Of a DNA stretch of 64,000 bases, positions 34,781 through 49,282 are shown piece after piece. The translations under genes and the position numbers were made by a program. Origin of the DNA: Parasitella parasitica NRRL 2501 (Eukaryota; Fungi; Mucoromycota); contig MU619247.1 in NCBI GenBank assembly GCA_025201805.1, forward strand, positions 1-64,000, read 5' to 3'. The notes beneath the pieces are model-generated. The model did no database searches. It worked only from the letters and a program-made list of their open reading frames with translations, and was not told where the DNA came from. Numbering within the stretch: the stretch's first letter is position 1; each line of letters starts with the position of its first letter.

Positions 34781-37700
34781 GCAACAGCGCGGATTCGTTT
34801 ATTTCTCTAATGTTAAACGAAAAGAGAGGGAAAAAATAGAATCAAAAAGGGCCTATTTAAATAGGTGAAAAATCAAGGGGTAGTGTGATCAGTAGGCCAA
34901 AAAAAAAAAAGCTTAAAACATGTAAGTTATTTACAAGTTTTTGGCTCCCCAAGGATTGGTTTTCTTTTTGAAACGAGTGCAATTAGCTGTAATTGCAACG
35001 TCTCAAGACCAAAAACTTCTTCAAGTACAGAACGTCAAAAATAGTTTGATAATGTAATCGTCTGCGTCAAATGGCCTAATTTTAATATAACAAAGTCCAA
35101 TTATACCTGACATGTTTTCCGAAACCTGTAGCCTTTAGCTGCACTTATTGGAAACACCTTGTCTATTATGGTAATATCATCAGATTATAGCTATAAAAAG
35201 CAAATTGCAAATTGCATACCATGACTCCTTAATCAATGGCAGCTCGACTCTTTTCTGTTGAAATCAGAAGGGGGTAAGCTTAGTACTTGTACATCATTGT
35301 GAATACAGCAAGAGAATCCAGAATATCATGTATAGCGTTTTGCGCTAAAACCTCAACAAATATCTTGCCAATTCTATCACTGCGTCTTCATCTTCTGCTA
35401 CAGGTGTACTTTACACCGAGTTATATTTTTACTTTTGAAAGTCAAAGTTCATCCTCTTCACCTCTTTAATCATTCTTTTTATTTTGGTGGTATTAATTGA
35501 ATGTACATCTTCAATAGAGTATGCTCTTCGAGGTTACTGCTGTCGGTCTTGAGGAGCATCCCAATCAGACAAACTTGGCCTATTGTTGGTTCCTTACCTT
35601 GAGGTTGGCTTTGGTATCCTCGAAGTTTGTAGTATCCTTTCACATCCTAGCGGATTTTCGAGGCCAAGGCCCCGGCAATATCCAAAGCAGCTTTTTTCGA
35701 TCCAATCTGGTGTATTATTCATGTACTACTAGGTATAGGAACCTGGAGCAAATCAGTAATATATCCTATCCGTCTGACAACATGCAATTGAAGGGAACAG
35801 AGTTTACTGGACCCTATAGCCTCAAAGAACTTTGCTTTAAAGCACAAGTTGAAGAGGCTGTTTCTTTTCTGATGATTACGTAACATTAGCGGATATGCTT
35901 TTGTTTTCTTATGAAAGAAAGCAAAATGGACTATGTGGTATTGTGTACCTTTTAAGAGGGCATATTAGCAACACAATTACTTGGCATCACTGATTTTGTT
36001 GTGCTGATCACCAGTCGCGACGGTTTCAAACCGTTGATAAGTGAAGCGTAGTTCGATCCAAATTCCACGGTTCTTTTGGCACATCTCTATAGTTATTTCA
36101 ATCTGCTTTAGATATTTATTCTTACTTATGCACTACATCATTGATTCCAATATTTGCAATAGAACTCTATTTGAGCAGCAAGAATCAGTCGGTGAATGAT
36201 TATGGAATTAAGGAACAAAACTTTGAGAGTTGGTTGGTAACATGATGTTGATAATTAAGCTATCATGCAAAAGATTAAGGTCTATAATTGCTTGGCAAGT
36301 GTTGGGCAAAGTGAGAAAGTTTTGCAGGATGGTTAACGAAACAAACGATTTCGGGCTGTTCAAAGTGCACTTCATGAGACTCACTTAGGAAGAGGAGTCG
36401 CAATCTTTTTTGAGGATAAAGTTGTGATCAACATGTCAATATACTCTTTTGTTCCCTTGGGTTCACAGCTACATGCAATGCTACCATGGAATTAAGACAT
36501 CATTATTATTTCTTTATGCTTACACTACTTATACGGCAAAAACGAAAATTATGCCAAGATGGCTTTTGACAACGGCAAAAAGCTCTGTCGTCTCATTATC
36601 ACTGACATAGATATTAGTGACATTGCTTGATAGATGCTCAAAAAGCGTAGGAACGTTGTTCATGCTGTCAAATCTTGAACTGGCAACATAAACTAAAAGG
36701 ATATTTCTTGGTGTTTACAACTAACCGTGGTCAAGTACATGTATGTTTTTAATATCATACATGTGTTTATCAGATTATAGTTTTAGAAAATTTCGTATTG
36801 TCCTGTATTGTCTATACACAGTGAAACCTTAGATAGATGTGAACTGTTATAAAAGTACGATCCCTAGTGCAATGAAGCTTGACATGTTGAACTTGTGAAA
36901 GACAACAGAAATCAATGATGTTTCTTTTTGCGATAAACAGTCTGAAGTTACACTACGACCCTGTCCCGTGTTACAAAGCAACTTACCCTTTTGTTCGTGT
37001 TTACGAAAATGATGATTTCTCAATATAGAAAGAAAAAAACCGGTTTTACATTGTGTTATTTAACATTAGCAACAACAAATTCTCCAAGTTTTACTACATG
37101 CAATGTAATGCCAAAGGTAAGAAATAAAAATGCAAGCAGCACGCTTCTCAACGTAACAGATGCTCCTTTTTTTTATTTTTACTGAAATGCTCCTGAAGTA
37201 AGATGAGGCTAGTAATCATATCTAGTCAGTATCGGTCTTACGAGAGCATATTCACATACTCTAGCAAACAGTTATTTGACTGAATGTGAACATTCTATTA
37301 CATATATACAATATGTATTGCAAATGTATCTAGACCTCCTCTACCACATTTTATTTATATAAAAAAAAAAAAAAAGACACGTTGTACTCATCATGCAATG
37401 TAATGCAAGTGCCTTGGCTATATTCTAACCATCTTTGTCACAATTTGCATGTTAAAATGTCAAATCAAATGGTGTATAGACACCATATCTTTGGACTAAG
37501 GATTAATATGTACCATGCAATGCTGTGTATTGCTTGTATGGTGAGTGTTCCTAAAATACAGGTGTGCCTTCCGTCGGTTTTCAAATGAACACACGACTAC
37601 AAGTCATCTACACTGCAACTAATGTTTTTAAAAGGTCACATGAACTGTCAATGGTAGTAAATAACAAAAAACAAATATCAACCACGTTGACCTCAGTCTA

Positions 37701-37854
37701 ACACCTGTTTAATCTATTGTAAACGTACAGCATACAATCGTAACACGATGCTATTACGTAGTAATTAGACATTGTTTAAATATAAAGGGGGTAAATGTAT
37801 ATAAGTATAGAAAAGAAAAGCAGTGTATACTAGCATCTATTGTCAAACACTTTC

Positions 37855-39320
37855 CTATCTTCTAGTAGTATGATTACGGCCATGTAATTGGTACATGTGC
37901 TCCAATTCAGTTTCCATAGCCTTGATCTGAGCATGCTGCTCTTCAAGATCCTTATTAAGACGATCACGTTCAGAAACCAACTAATGAATTATTGTTAGTG
38001 CCTTGTTTCCTGTTCTAAGAAAAGACATGGATATCGTACTTGAGCCTCCCATTGACGGAAGCGATTCTCTTCATCCTTGACTTGTTTGGTAAAGTTCAAG
38101 CGAAGCTGTTCCTCATCCTCCTTGAATTTAGGGTTTTCGTACTTTTTAAGCTTGGGTTCACCAAATTTACGAGTGCCCATTTGCGATTGACGATAGTTTT
38201 CATAGTGCATTTCTTCTGTCGTCGAAATCAAATCGTGCATGTGCGACCGAACCAAGAGCTTTCTCAACTTCTTAAAGTCACAGTGCTCTTCATTTTCAAC
38301 CTCGGCGACACCCCATGAGTATTCTCTGCCCTTCACTTTACGTCCATCAGCAAGGGCCACATCTTGGGTCGAGCCGATGATGGCAAAAGGCATGGCTGCC
38401 ATTATACTCTTGTTAACCGCTGTAATATCCTCGTCTTCGCTGTCGATTGGACAAGAGTACACTTGAATATGGTTAGCAGCAATTGAATTCAAGATCTATA
38501 TGTTATGTGTCAGCAGATCAAATTTCAATTCTCATTGCAGTCTATTACTTGCATTGATCTTGTACTGTGCTAAATCACGTGGAGTGAGTGTATCTGCCTT
38601 AGCAATGACAGGAATCAAATTCACTCGAGAACCAAGATGCTTCATGACCTCGATATCGAGGGGCTTTAAGCTAGCGCATGCTTGTGTTAATGCTATTCTA
38701 ATTGACCGAGTAAAACGACTTACGAATGGCCAGAAGGCCTGATGAAATAGAGACAGGCATGGACCCGAAGATCAATGGCGCTCTTGCGGGTGGGCTGTTG
38801 CTCCTGAGCCATGAAGCTCTCATGCTGATCGTCGAGAAATTCATAGATGGGCATCCAGCTATTGTAATTGTTGACATAATCACCGAATCCAGGAGTGTCA
38901 ATGATGGTCAGCATGACTTTAAAGTTCTTTTCCTCGAGTTCTGACCAAGGATGTTACAGATTAGAAATGTGGGTGTCAATCTTGTCGCTTTTGCGCATAT
39001 ACCTGCTTTGGTGATCTCAATCTCGACAGTCTTCTGTGTTTGTTTAGCATGGCGCTTATTCAAGTTTTTGTCAACCTTAATACCGGTAGTAAATAAGGTA
39101 TTGACGAACGTAGTTTTGCCAACACCAGATTCACCTGTTGAATATTCAGTCAAATTTTTCTCGAGAACGAAAAAAAAAAAAGGAACCCTTCCCCCCCCCC
39201 CCTGAATCATATCTTACCACAAACCATCAAGGTAAACTTGGCACCACGTTTTGATACAATCTTATGACGTTGATTAGGAAGATGCGCTATACCTACACCG
39301 CTGCTTGCTGTGGGAGACAT
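37855..39320 (-). CDS. CDC12: Septin, Cdc12/Spn4-like, multi-exon
   Basis: GVGIAHLPNQRHKIVSKRGAKFTLMVC|GESGVGKTTFVNTLF; DTPGFGD; IAKAD; GREYSWG..EVENEEHCDF; C-terminal coiled coil. Confidence 0.85.
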
Positions 39321-39555
39321 GCTTTGCTATAATGAACGAGAGGGAAAGAAAGAAAGAAGAGAGAAAGTGAAGGTATAGTAGCAAGTAGAAATGATATTTT
39401 GTGATTGCATCTCAGCCTATAGTGGTGGTGTAACTAAACCCATAGTCTTTTTTTGACAATAAACCTCATGCAAAAAAGCAGAATCCTCCAATAAAAAGCA
39501 TTGATAAACGAGTTAATTCAAGAATGTGTTACTTGTGATACAGAGTTTATTGAGA

Positions 39556-42234
39556 TTAGTAGCCTTTCATTTCAGATATCACAGACCTCTCTCTGTCTTT
39601 GCTCATTTCTCCATAGCCAATGACTCTCATTGAGAATGATCCGCTACCGCCTGTCAAACTACGGAGCGCACTGGAGTAGCCGAGCATGGAACTCAGTGGT
39701 ACATGTGCCTTTATAACTTGTTTAGGTTTGTATCCATCCACATTCGACGAGACTAAGAGTGAGTCTTCAGGAGCATACACTTGTGCATTTGTGGCTTCAT
39801 CACCATCACCGCCCTGCGAGGAAGAAGACGACTCCAAGCTTATAACGTGGCCTCTGCGGGTGCCGCTCAAATCACCGACAACGCTACCTATATGATTCTC
39901 ATTTACTTCGGTATACACTTCCATCATAGGTTCTAAAAGACATGGGTTTGCCTTTTGTACAGCATTGTACACTCCATTAGAAACGCAAGCAGAGATTGCT
40001 CCAAGTGTAGTTTCAGGGCCAAATGTCTGTAAGCCGTACGCCTTCACCTTGAGTTTTGTAAGAGGGAAACCGAGTACAGCGCCACGGGCAAGGCCAGCTA
40101 GTAAACCATTCTGCACGGCTTGTTTCATGTCTTCAGGGTGAATATCTGCTGTAGGTAACTGGTCGTCTTCAAGAACAATGTCAGCAGTAAGCTGGTTGCC
40201 AGAGTCAGCGAACCAGCCTTCTTGTATCGTTTGCTCTGAACTATCATGGATGGGTGATATCTCAACACGACAAGCAGCCCGCGCTCTTTTCCCCAGCACC
40301 TCCTTGTCGTAGACTGCGCTGGCATCTGCTTCTGATTGACAGGTTTCTCGGTAGCTAATTCTCATCTTGCCCATCTCAGCCTTCACTTTAAAGTCATTCA
40401 AAAGACGGTCTTTGACAATCTCCAGGTGCAGTTCGCCCATACCACTCACCAGGAGTTGTCCACTTTCTTCGTCTGTCCACACATTCAGCGACGGATCTTC
40501 ACGCACAAGGCTTTTGAGAGCATTCGTAACTGCTTCTTCTTCCGACACAGAGGCTGGCTCAACCGCGGAAAAGAAGGCTGGACTAGGAACCTCAATATTG
40601 CTCAGTTGTTGTCCCTTTTTAATTGCATTGGTGTCGTTTGACTGTACAAGTGTGTCGCCAGTACGCGTGTCTTTAAGGCCTACAATAACGCCAATGTTGC
40701 CAGCACCGATAGAGGGTATTTCTTCGACATCTTTGGCGTACATTTGGAGCAATCTATTCACTCTTTCCTTGCCCCTGGTTGTGGTGTTGAACAAGGTCAT
40801 TCTCGTGCTGATTTTGCCTATGGTAAAACACAGATTCTAATCATTATGGGATATAGCCAGATAAATCAAAATAGCCCTACCTGAATATACTTTAACATAT
40901 ACCATCGGTCCCCTTTTAGCATCATGAACTACTTTGAAAGCCAAAGCGCACAAATGGTTGTCGTTCAAAGGGATCAGTGCAGTCTTACCGCTACTGTAGG
41001 TAACCATAGCCGAAGGCCTATCCAGAGGACTGGGCAAGTAGTCAATGACTGCATCCAGCAGTGGCTGGACACCCAAATTCTTGAATGCGGCACCGCACAA
41101 AACAGGAACGGCCTTATTAGCAACCGTAACTCTTCGAATCGCAGCTTTCAATGCATCGGGATCGACACGCATGTGATCTCCATCTGCCTCATCGAAAAAT
41201 ATCTCTACAATATCGTCATCCATCTCTGCCAAGGCCTCTACCAACGCAGTTCGCCCTTTAACTGCTTCCTGCAGCAATGCGTCATCCGCGGTAGTGTCTT
41301 TCAGAGAGATCCTGTTTAAAACAGACCCATCCGTATGCGCATCGTCCCATTGTATCATTTCCATGGTCACTAAATCCACCACCGCTCTAAGGCCTTTGTG
41401 TCTTTGATCCATGCTTTCATCATTCATCACGGGTAACTGCACTACCAGAGGCCGAGTTCGTAGCTTCTTCCACATTTCACGCACGGTTCTCCCAAAGGCT
41501 GCGCCGGTTCTGTCCAGCTTGTTGACAAACGCAATACGAGGAATCTCATATCTCTCAGCCTGCTTCCACACAGTCTCTGTTTGTGCCTCGACGCCGGCAA
41601 CGCCATCCAAAATGGTGACAGCTCCATCGAGCACTCGCACAGCTCTCTCAACCTCCATTGTGAAATCGACATGGCCTGGTGTATCGATCAGGTTGATGCG
41701 GTGGCCGTCCCACCCAAATGTGATGGCGGCACTGTTGATGGTAATGCCCCGTTCTCTCTCGGCTGCAAGATAGTCCATCACTGTATCTCCGTCATCGATG
41801 TCTAGTATATTGCTCTGGTCAAAATCGTAAAGTGTCTGCCGGGACATTTGCTATTTGCACCTACCTCCAATTCGTTTTGTTACGCCTGCATAATACAGCA
41901 TACGCTCGGTAGTAGTTGTTTTGCCTGTTTGTTGAAAGATAAAGTTGTCAGCACAAGTGTCAGTAGGATATTTCCACACACACACACCTGCATCAATGTG
42001 TGCAATAATGCCTATATTTCTGGTTTTTTGTATAGTGAAATCTTTGGCATCTATTTTGTAGTAATGTCAATTAGGTTTTCATTTGACAGTTGCTCCCCTC
42101 ATTTTTTTTTTTTTTTACCAACCTGTGGTGTATGATTTGTATTGACAAAGTACCTTGATCGGTCGAATAAAGGAATTAACTTTTAAATCGGTAGTTACAG
42201 GCCTTTTAAGTGATGCTGTTATATATCTGAGCAT
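39556..42234 (-). CDS. MEF2: Mitochondrial EF-G2 / ribosome-releasing factor 2
   Basis: Basic presequence [12 protein letters not shown]...; [12 protein letters not shown]|[13 protein letters not shown]; [11 protein letters not shown]; DTPGHVDF; NKLD; GMGELHLEI; LRSLTGG. Confidence 0.9.
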
Positions 42235-43480
42235 TTGGCTAAACAGTTTGACAACTTTTGGAGAAATCGTTGCGGAAAAAAAAAAAAAAAAGAACCAGGG
42301 GCTCCATAAATTAAATGCTTCCGCACAACAGGTACCAGCGTCCTTGCTTGTGACATTTTGCCAACCAACATGTAGCGGCCGAAGAGTTTGAAATATCTAC
42401 CCTTGTATGAAATACCAAGGCAAAAATCAGGATAGGCAGCCGAAGAAAATACGTGATCTTATTTTACAATATCTAGAGCGACTACTAGCTATTTGCAGAT
42501 GGTAGTTCACCATTACAGGCTTCCATAATCAAGTGCAAAAATACAACGTTCCAATCAAGACTTGGTACAACTTTGCAAAATCAGCCAAGTTTTAACCAAA
42601 AAATAGACTATAAAATTAAACTAAACATCGTTTTCATCACTGCTAAAAAGTATTTCCCTATACCTACCATTGCAAGGAGACGAAAGAATCCTTCAAAGGT
42701 CAAGGATCATTGAACAAAATGTGCCGGTCGGACATTAAATACCATTGGGCTTCTTCTGTTCTTTTTCGATTGCTTTGGACACCCCTCTGACGTTTTTTGG
42801 AATTATGCGCCCAAAACTGCAACACACTCGCCCGACCTGCTCTAAGCTTCCTGGGGCAACATTTGAGGTCTGTTCCGTTGAAAATGGTTTAAACTTGCTA
42901 TCTCCATTTCTGAACGAGATAATCACGAAAAACGTCAATTTGATTTATTGACAAAAGGTCCAAATTTAGCAAGGCAAATGAGTTATATCTTGCTTCCAGA
43001 GGAAAGAGTGAACCCACAGCAACGTTTTGTATTAGCACATGTACTAGTAAAAATTGTCTTTTTGGGGTTCAAAATAAGCATTCTTTGAAAACCATGTTTT
43101 TTTATGAGGGATACCTCATGCAAAATTCTCAAAATTATGAGAAAAATCAAATTGCCCAAAAACCACGAGAAATAGGCCTGGTCGATGCCTGTTGATGAAA
43201 AATGACCACCTGGATTGGTTTGGGAGCTTCCGAACCGATTTTGGAGCTCACAAGCATCATTTGAAATCACAGCTTTTTGGACCAGATGGCCCTGTTTTTT
43301 CGCGCTTCTTGCCTGATTTCCTGCAGGCACCGATGCTCCAGTGCACGTTTTCCATTTGAACGAATAGCCAACTTGATGAAACGATGTCTGATCAAAGTTT
43401 ATTGTGACGAGTGCCGCCATTGAAAAAAAAAAAAAAAGCTGGCAGGGTAGATTTCACATCTTCTTTTTTTGCAAGCAACC

Positions 43481-44680
43481 ATGTCAACAACAACCGTAGC
43501 ATTTCGTATAGCCAATTCTTGCAAATCAGCCACTCGCAGCTTCTCTTCTAGTGGCTATCGCAGGCCGCATAATATAAACATAAAGACAAAGCACCAGCCA
43601 TACAAAGAAACAAGCGATTCTTGGGATCACATTTATGGGGTTTCCAGTGTTTTATCCGCCTTAAAAGCTAGAAAGCGACAGACCATGGACACAGTTTACA
43701 TCCAAGAGACAGAAGAAACGAAAACCACGCAGAAAAAGGATAGCACATTGATTTCGCAAATCCTTGATTTAGCCAAAACTGCCAACGTCGCTGTGATTGC
43801 TGTTGATAAGGGACGATTGAACAATCTAACGGACAATAAACTTCACCAGGTACAGACTCACATTTGTTTACAGCATGTGGGTTTGGTTTGACAGCTAATC
43901 TTTCTCCATTGTGTTGTAGGGTGTGGTGTTGAAAGCGTCACCTCGAAATCCTATTGAAATAGGTGCATTATCACACATTGTGGATCATGGGTATGATGCA
44001 CTACCTCGAGTAAATAAACGAGGGAGCCAGCAGGACAGAGAAAAGCAGCAGAAAGAAAGTTTGAGCATTAAGTTCAAGACATCAAATTTGCGCATGCCCT
44101 TTTGGATTGCTTTGGATCAAGTACAAGACCCTCAAGTAAAGAAAAAAAAAACAAAAAAAAAAAGAAGCAGATCATGCAATGAAATATGAATGAACAGTTT
44201 GAACTAAAAAACAAAGCTTGTTATTAGAACCTTGGATCTATCATGAGAACAGCTTATTTCTTTGGCGTGGATGGCGTTTTGCTGTGTAGTAAAAACAGTG
44301 CTCCATTGAGCCCTACTGTTTCCAAAGTTAGCTCTGGAGCAATTGAGATGATGGAAATTTATTCAACACCCAATCTCGTGAAATTTCTCAAGGAATCTCA
44401 TGCAAATGGATGGGAGATCATAGGAGCCGCAGCTGGTGGAGGCGAGACTAATCAGCCAATGAATTTGTCACAGTTTCGAGAAGCATGTCAAAAGCCCGTA
44501 GTGCTAGTGTTAGGAAACGAGGGCACAGGTCTTCGCACCAATGTCCAAAACGAATGCACTTCCTTTGTTAGCATACCTAGTGCCATAGACAGCGACACAG
44601 CATTCAACGGCTCTGTTGATAGTTTGAACGTGGGCGTAGCAGCTGGTGTATTGCTTTCGTCTGCTGCCTTGTTTAAATAA
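43481..44680 (+). CDS. MRM1: Mitochondrial rRNA 2'-O-methyltransferase (SpoU/TrmH family)
   Basis: Presequence-like N-terminus; IYGVSSV; HQ|GVVL; LDQVQDPQ|NLGSIMRTAYFFG; VLGNEGTG; VDSLNVGVA; two introns. Confidence 0.9.
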
Positions 44681-44690
44681 AACAACGAGT

Positions 44691-44691
<1 letters not shown>

Positions 44692-44754
<63 letters not shown>

Positions 44755-44780
44755 TTTTTTTTTTTTTTTTTTTTTTTTTT
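44692..44780 (+). repeat. ~89-nt poly(T) tract between convergent MRM1 and FHIP
   Basis: T run with a single G at 44754. Confidence 0.95.
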
Positions 44781-44873
44781 GTATATAAAACATGTGTATA
44801 GTCTTTATTTCAAACTGATGATAGATAGTATAGCGAGGGATTGAGATGTATATGTATATAATAGGCCTTTCAT

Positions 44874-46335
44874 TTAGTCTGCTGACCCGCCAGTTCGAGA
44901 GGGAACACGAGCAGTAATTGCTTCGTCAATGGTATCCATACTTCGAACACTTCTCCAATCTGCCAACGTGGAAACGACTGATATTCGGTTCTTCCATTTG
45001 TCAAAATTCTTTTGTTTGTAGTTCAGCTCGTCTTCGTCTTCGTCAATAATGTCGTCCAGCAGCCAATCTTGCGGACGGTTGTTGGATGGAATTAGAGCAC
45101 CTTGTCCTGCATCAGTCATCATCATTTCGCGCTGTTCTTGGTATCGAACAAATCCAATCTCATTGTAATTTGTTGCATGGCGAACAAGAATAACTGCAGC
45201 CAGTTCTTTGCAAAACTCTTGAAGCACGATGTATGAATTGACGAAATTGGACAGTTTAGCGTAGGGATTGGTAACAGTAACAGGAGTCGCATTTGAGCGC
45301 TGTGAGTTTTGAAAGAATGCAGCGGAAGGCGAGTTAGATCCGTTGGGTGAGCCTGGGCCACCGCCTACACCCATATCTCTTGTGATCCTTAACGGCAGCA
45401 GCCCTGCTGATTTGGTTGCTATTGGCGACGAAGGGTTGCGCGGTGAAGAAGGCATTAATGTTGAAGTCGAGCCTTTGTTCAGCACAAGCTTATTCAAGTT
45501 TGAATGATTTCGAGAGGTATTTTCGCTTGTCGTGCTCTGCAACCCTCCTGTGAGATTACTGTTGCTATTATGCTGGTTCATGCTCGAGTACAGATTATCT
45601 CTTCTGGCTTGAGATCGTTGCTGGTGATCGGTGGTGTGAGAGCCATTGGCCTGAGGTTGAGGAGCGCCATTTCCACCTGGTAAAATACCTTTCTTCTTGG
45701 CTATAGAGATCCGAGTCTCGAAATTAGGCACTAGCTGGGCCCTCTTCAGCGCTTCAAATGTCACTTGCTCCAGCAAAGCATATAAACTGCGGCGGATGGT
45801 CTTGGTACTAGGCAGAGCCCACACACCCCCATACAAGGCTCCATCTACGCCTACACGGACAGCGCGCCAATCGCATATAACACCATCTATACGCTTGTCA
45901 ACCACACCTGCGATCTTTTGTAAAATACTGGTTACCAAGAGGTTCTGCTCCATTGGCAGTTCGAGCATGCGATGAAACTGGTCAAAGATGCGACTGAGAA
46001 ATAGGCCTTCGTAAGATTCCGTCTTTCTGGATGTGTTTGTAGTCGTAGTGCTCGTTATGCTGGCTTGATCTGCAGCCACGTCTGTACCTGCAGTTGCTTC
46101 AGTCGACGCATCTTTATTGATGGGTCTCGTAGGGCGTCCGTGTCTGTCTTCCGCTTCACGCTCAAAGTCTCTGCGAGTTTTGACAGGAGGGTAAGGCGTG
46201 TGCCAAAAGTTTTTGGCTAGTAGTGCATAGTGGAATCTTTCTTGGGCTTCATGGAAATAGTCATCGTAGCTATTTCCAGGAACAACAGCGTAAGGATTTA
46301 TATTGTCGTCGTCTTGTGGATTATGTTGTTGTTGT

Positions 46336-46367
<32 letters not shown>

Positions 46368-48668
46368 AACACTTGCTGAGGCAAATGAATCTGACGCAAT
46401 AACCGATGACAATGGCGGCGTCTTCATTCTTTCTAGTTCGTCCTCCAAAGGCAATAGCGAGAGCACCCTAAAAGTAGACGATTCAATACCAGCCCAAACA
46501 AAGATGTCATGGCCAATACATACCTTTCCACAAGCCAGCGCACCTTTTCGGTCTTGGTATCCTTCTTGATAACACCGTCCTTGTCGCCCACGGCAAGATC
46601 ATCCACTTTGGGCTCTTCTACGGTTGTCACGCTTATTCTATCGTCTACAATCTTGGACCCCAGCGAAGATGTATCTGTTGTATCTCTTGCTTCGTCTTCA
46701 ATGTATTCTCCTTCAGGCGAAATGTCGAGATAGTTACGCAAAACTAGGTTGTAGATGGCAAACTGGTTGTAAGTTTCCATAATCGTGTCGAATAGGCGCA
46801 ACGATGCCAACGCAAGCTCATGGTTTTCTGCGTCAATACGATTGATGAGTAGCAGCCTCAAAGTCAATCCTTCATCTGTATCCATCGAATTTCTTTTTGC
46901 GCTTTCAGCTGCTCCAAGGTCGTCAGCCATTTTTATATCATCGTCGCTTGTAGTCTGCACAGACATGGATTCATCGTCTCGGTCATCATCGATAAGGTCT
47001 TGGATGGGTATGTAGGTTTTGATTTCAGGTTCAATGTCTTTGCCAATACCGCTATCTTCTCCCAGTAAAACTACCAAAAATACATGCAACAGGCGCTGGT
47101 CTGTCAAAGAGCGTATCATTTCCGTTGTGTAGGCCGTCGCCGCCGTTGCAGTTTCTGCTGACGGAGAACTTAGTGCCGTACAAATAACAGGATGCCAAAA
47201 ACTCGTCGTCAACTGAGCCATCAATGCTGTCATGAGTCTTTTCTCTGCTACGCGTGCAACGTCATTGAGGTACTCCCAAAAGCTGTAAAACTCGTCAATC
47301 ACTCGCTCCCCGTCATGAGCCGAGTCCAGCGTACGAACAAAATTGATATCAAAAGAGCTTCTCTTTCTACGCTTCTTTTTGAAGCTGCTCTGCGCATTGA
47401 CTGTGATGATCAGACTGTTATTGGTGATCATTGCGGGTATAGAGAACCTGATGTGACGTCTGGACGGTCTGACGGATTGGATCCGGCTGTTACTGGAGAT
47501 GGTGAATGCGCCTGCATTTTTTGGCAAATGGGCGAAAAAGAGGGCCAGTCTTTCCGCCTGGAGTGCGTTGTCAGTAGAGATGCTGTGGCAATGGAGAGTA
47601 ACTTACCATCACTTCGCAGAGATTCGAGTATTCCACAATGTAGCACACGTACTCTGGGTCATCCTCCAGCAGTCGCAGAGCAAACAGGATGGCCTCCCTT
47701 GCAATTTCACCCGTTTCACCTGGCATGTTCATGAAATCAAGAAGATATTGAAACATGTCAAAGCGAGGCTATGTTGATTAAGCATCCAGTCTGTAACTTA
47801 TATCTTAATAGCCAACTTACTGTCAAGAATACTTCCCATGTAATCTTTTCCTCGGCGCTCTCTTTACGTTTATGTAGGGGTTTCCCATCTTTAGAGCATC
47901 TCCAAACGCTTTCACCTCTTGACCTACACCAGCCCCTTTCAAAAAATAAATCCATTAATGCTGCATTTGCTCCTTTAAAGTGAGAAAAAATGCCATGCAT
48001 CAATTTTACTAGCTCCAAGGATAGCTCGGATATAGCCAGCAGCCTCTCCTCTGAGCAAGGCTCAGTCTCACTTGCCAGCTCCTCGTAATGACGATTGATC
48101 AAACGATGTGAGGAGCTAATCAGCTTTTGGAGCGGAACATGAACAGCTCTTTCAGGCAACAACTGGGCATGAACATTGGTAACTAAACTACAAAAAAACC
48201 TCAAGCAGTGTACTCGCATGCCATAAGGTGTCTAAGCAAGTTGGTTGTTACGTAATGGCTCTCTCACTCTCACTATCTCTTTCCATCTCTTTCTTTCATC
48301 TGCTTACGTCTACTTTGGCAAATTCAGCCAATTCCTCCAGTACGCGCTTTTGCAACAGGTACTCCAAACAAGGCCCCGTTTCCAAACTACCGCTTGCTCT
48401 CTGGTGCTCTACCTCCTCGGCTTGGATCAGCTTGACAATGTTTTGTAAGCTGCACGGAATAGGTGTAAGATCAACAGCATCTTTCAAGGGATCTATCTTG
48501 AGTTAGGGTTTTTATTTTTATTTTGCCCTTCTGCAAGCAATATTCTCTCAATTTACCGGCAGCAGTTTCATAGTATTTCTGAATGTTGGTCCACGCTTCT
48601 GTCAGCAGCTCCAACTTTGACTTGGCCACATTTCTTCCAGAAAGAAATTTGGAAAGAAACATGGACAT
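44874..48668 (-). CDS. FHIP/FAM160 (RAI16-like, FTS-Hook-interacting) protein, multi-exon
   Basis: TGPCLEYLLQKRVLEEL; PYGMRVHCLRFF; GEIAREAILF; F..FWEYLNDV; NLLVTSIL; NSYIVLQEFCKELAA; poly-Q. Confidence 0.85.
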
Positions 48669-49282
48669 GTTTGATGTTGGTAAAGAGAAGAAGAAGCGAG
48701 AGAAAAGAAAACGGGCAAATTTAAATTACTTTTTGTGTATAAACAATTAATTGTCCAACAAGCAATAAGAGGGGTACATTTTAATCAACAGCCCAAGACA
48801 TTAAATTATCACCACAACTACAATCCAAGTATAGCAAAGTGTGTATTTCCGGGGAGCTCATCAAAAGTGCTCTTTGTTTAAAAAAGAATGGGGCTAGATA
48901 TGTTTTTGGACATGAGCATGTTATGTGCCCTTTGCTGCTTGATTGCAAGCTCTGTAAACGGGGCCACTGCTTCTGACTACCCATTGCCATCCATGTGCTT
49001 TGTAGAGATATATCACTTGAGCAGGACAATATCCGCTCTCATTGGTTGCGTATATATTTGTACATGTAGATTGAGGAGGTTGTATTTTATTGGTATAGGG
49101 GACAAAAGGAGAGGGGGTGGAGGTCTTTACAAGCTATTAGAATGATTGTTCTAGATATGCATAATGCCAATACCATGTTACAATCAAATAATAATAAAAA
49201 GGCTTGTCGTTTGTTATTTATCCTTTTTCTTCTTTTCTTTATTCTTCACCATTTTTTTAGACAACTTTTTGCACGCACAAAC

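Noticed and set aside
35280-36500. Coding-like fragments and short ORFs upstream of the PDE
   Set aside because: Multiple stops in all frames and no recognisable motif; cannot be supported as a gene or named pseudogene
44692-44780. Poly(T) tract as the tail of a retroposed insertion
   Set aside because: No TSD or element body; both flanking genes contain introns; long homopolymers are common throughout the window and length may be an assembly artefact
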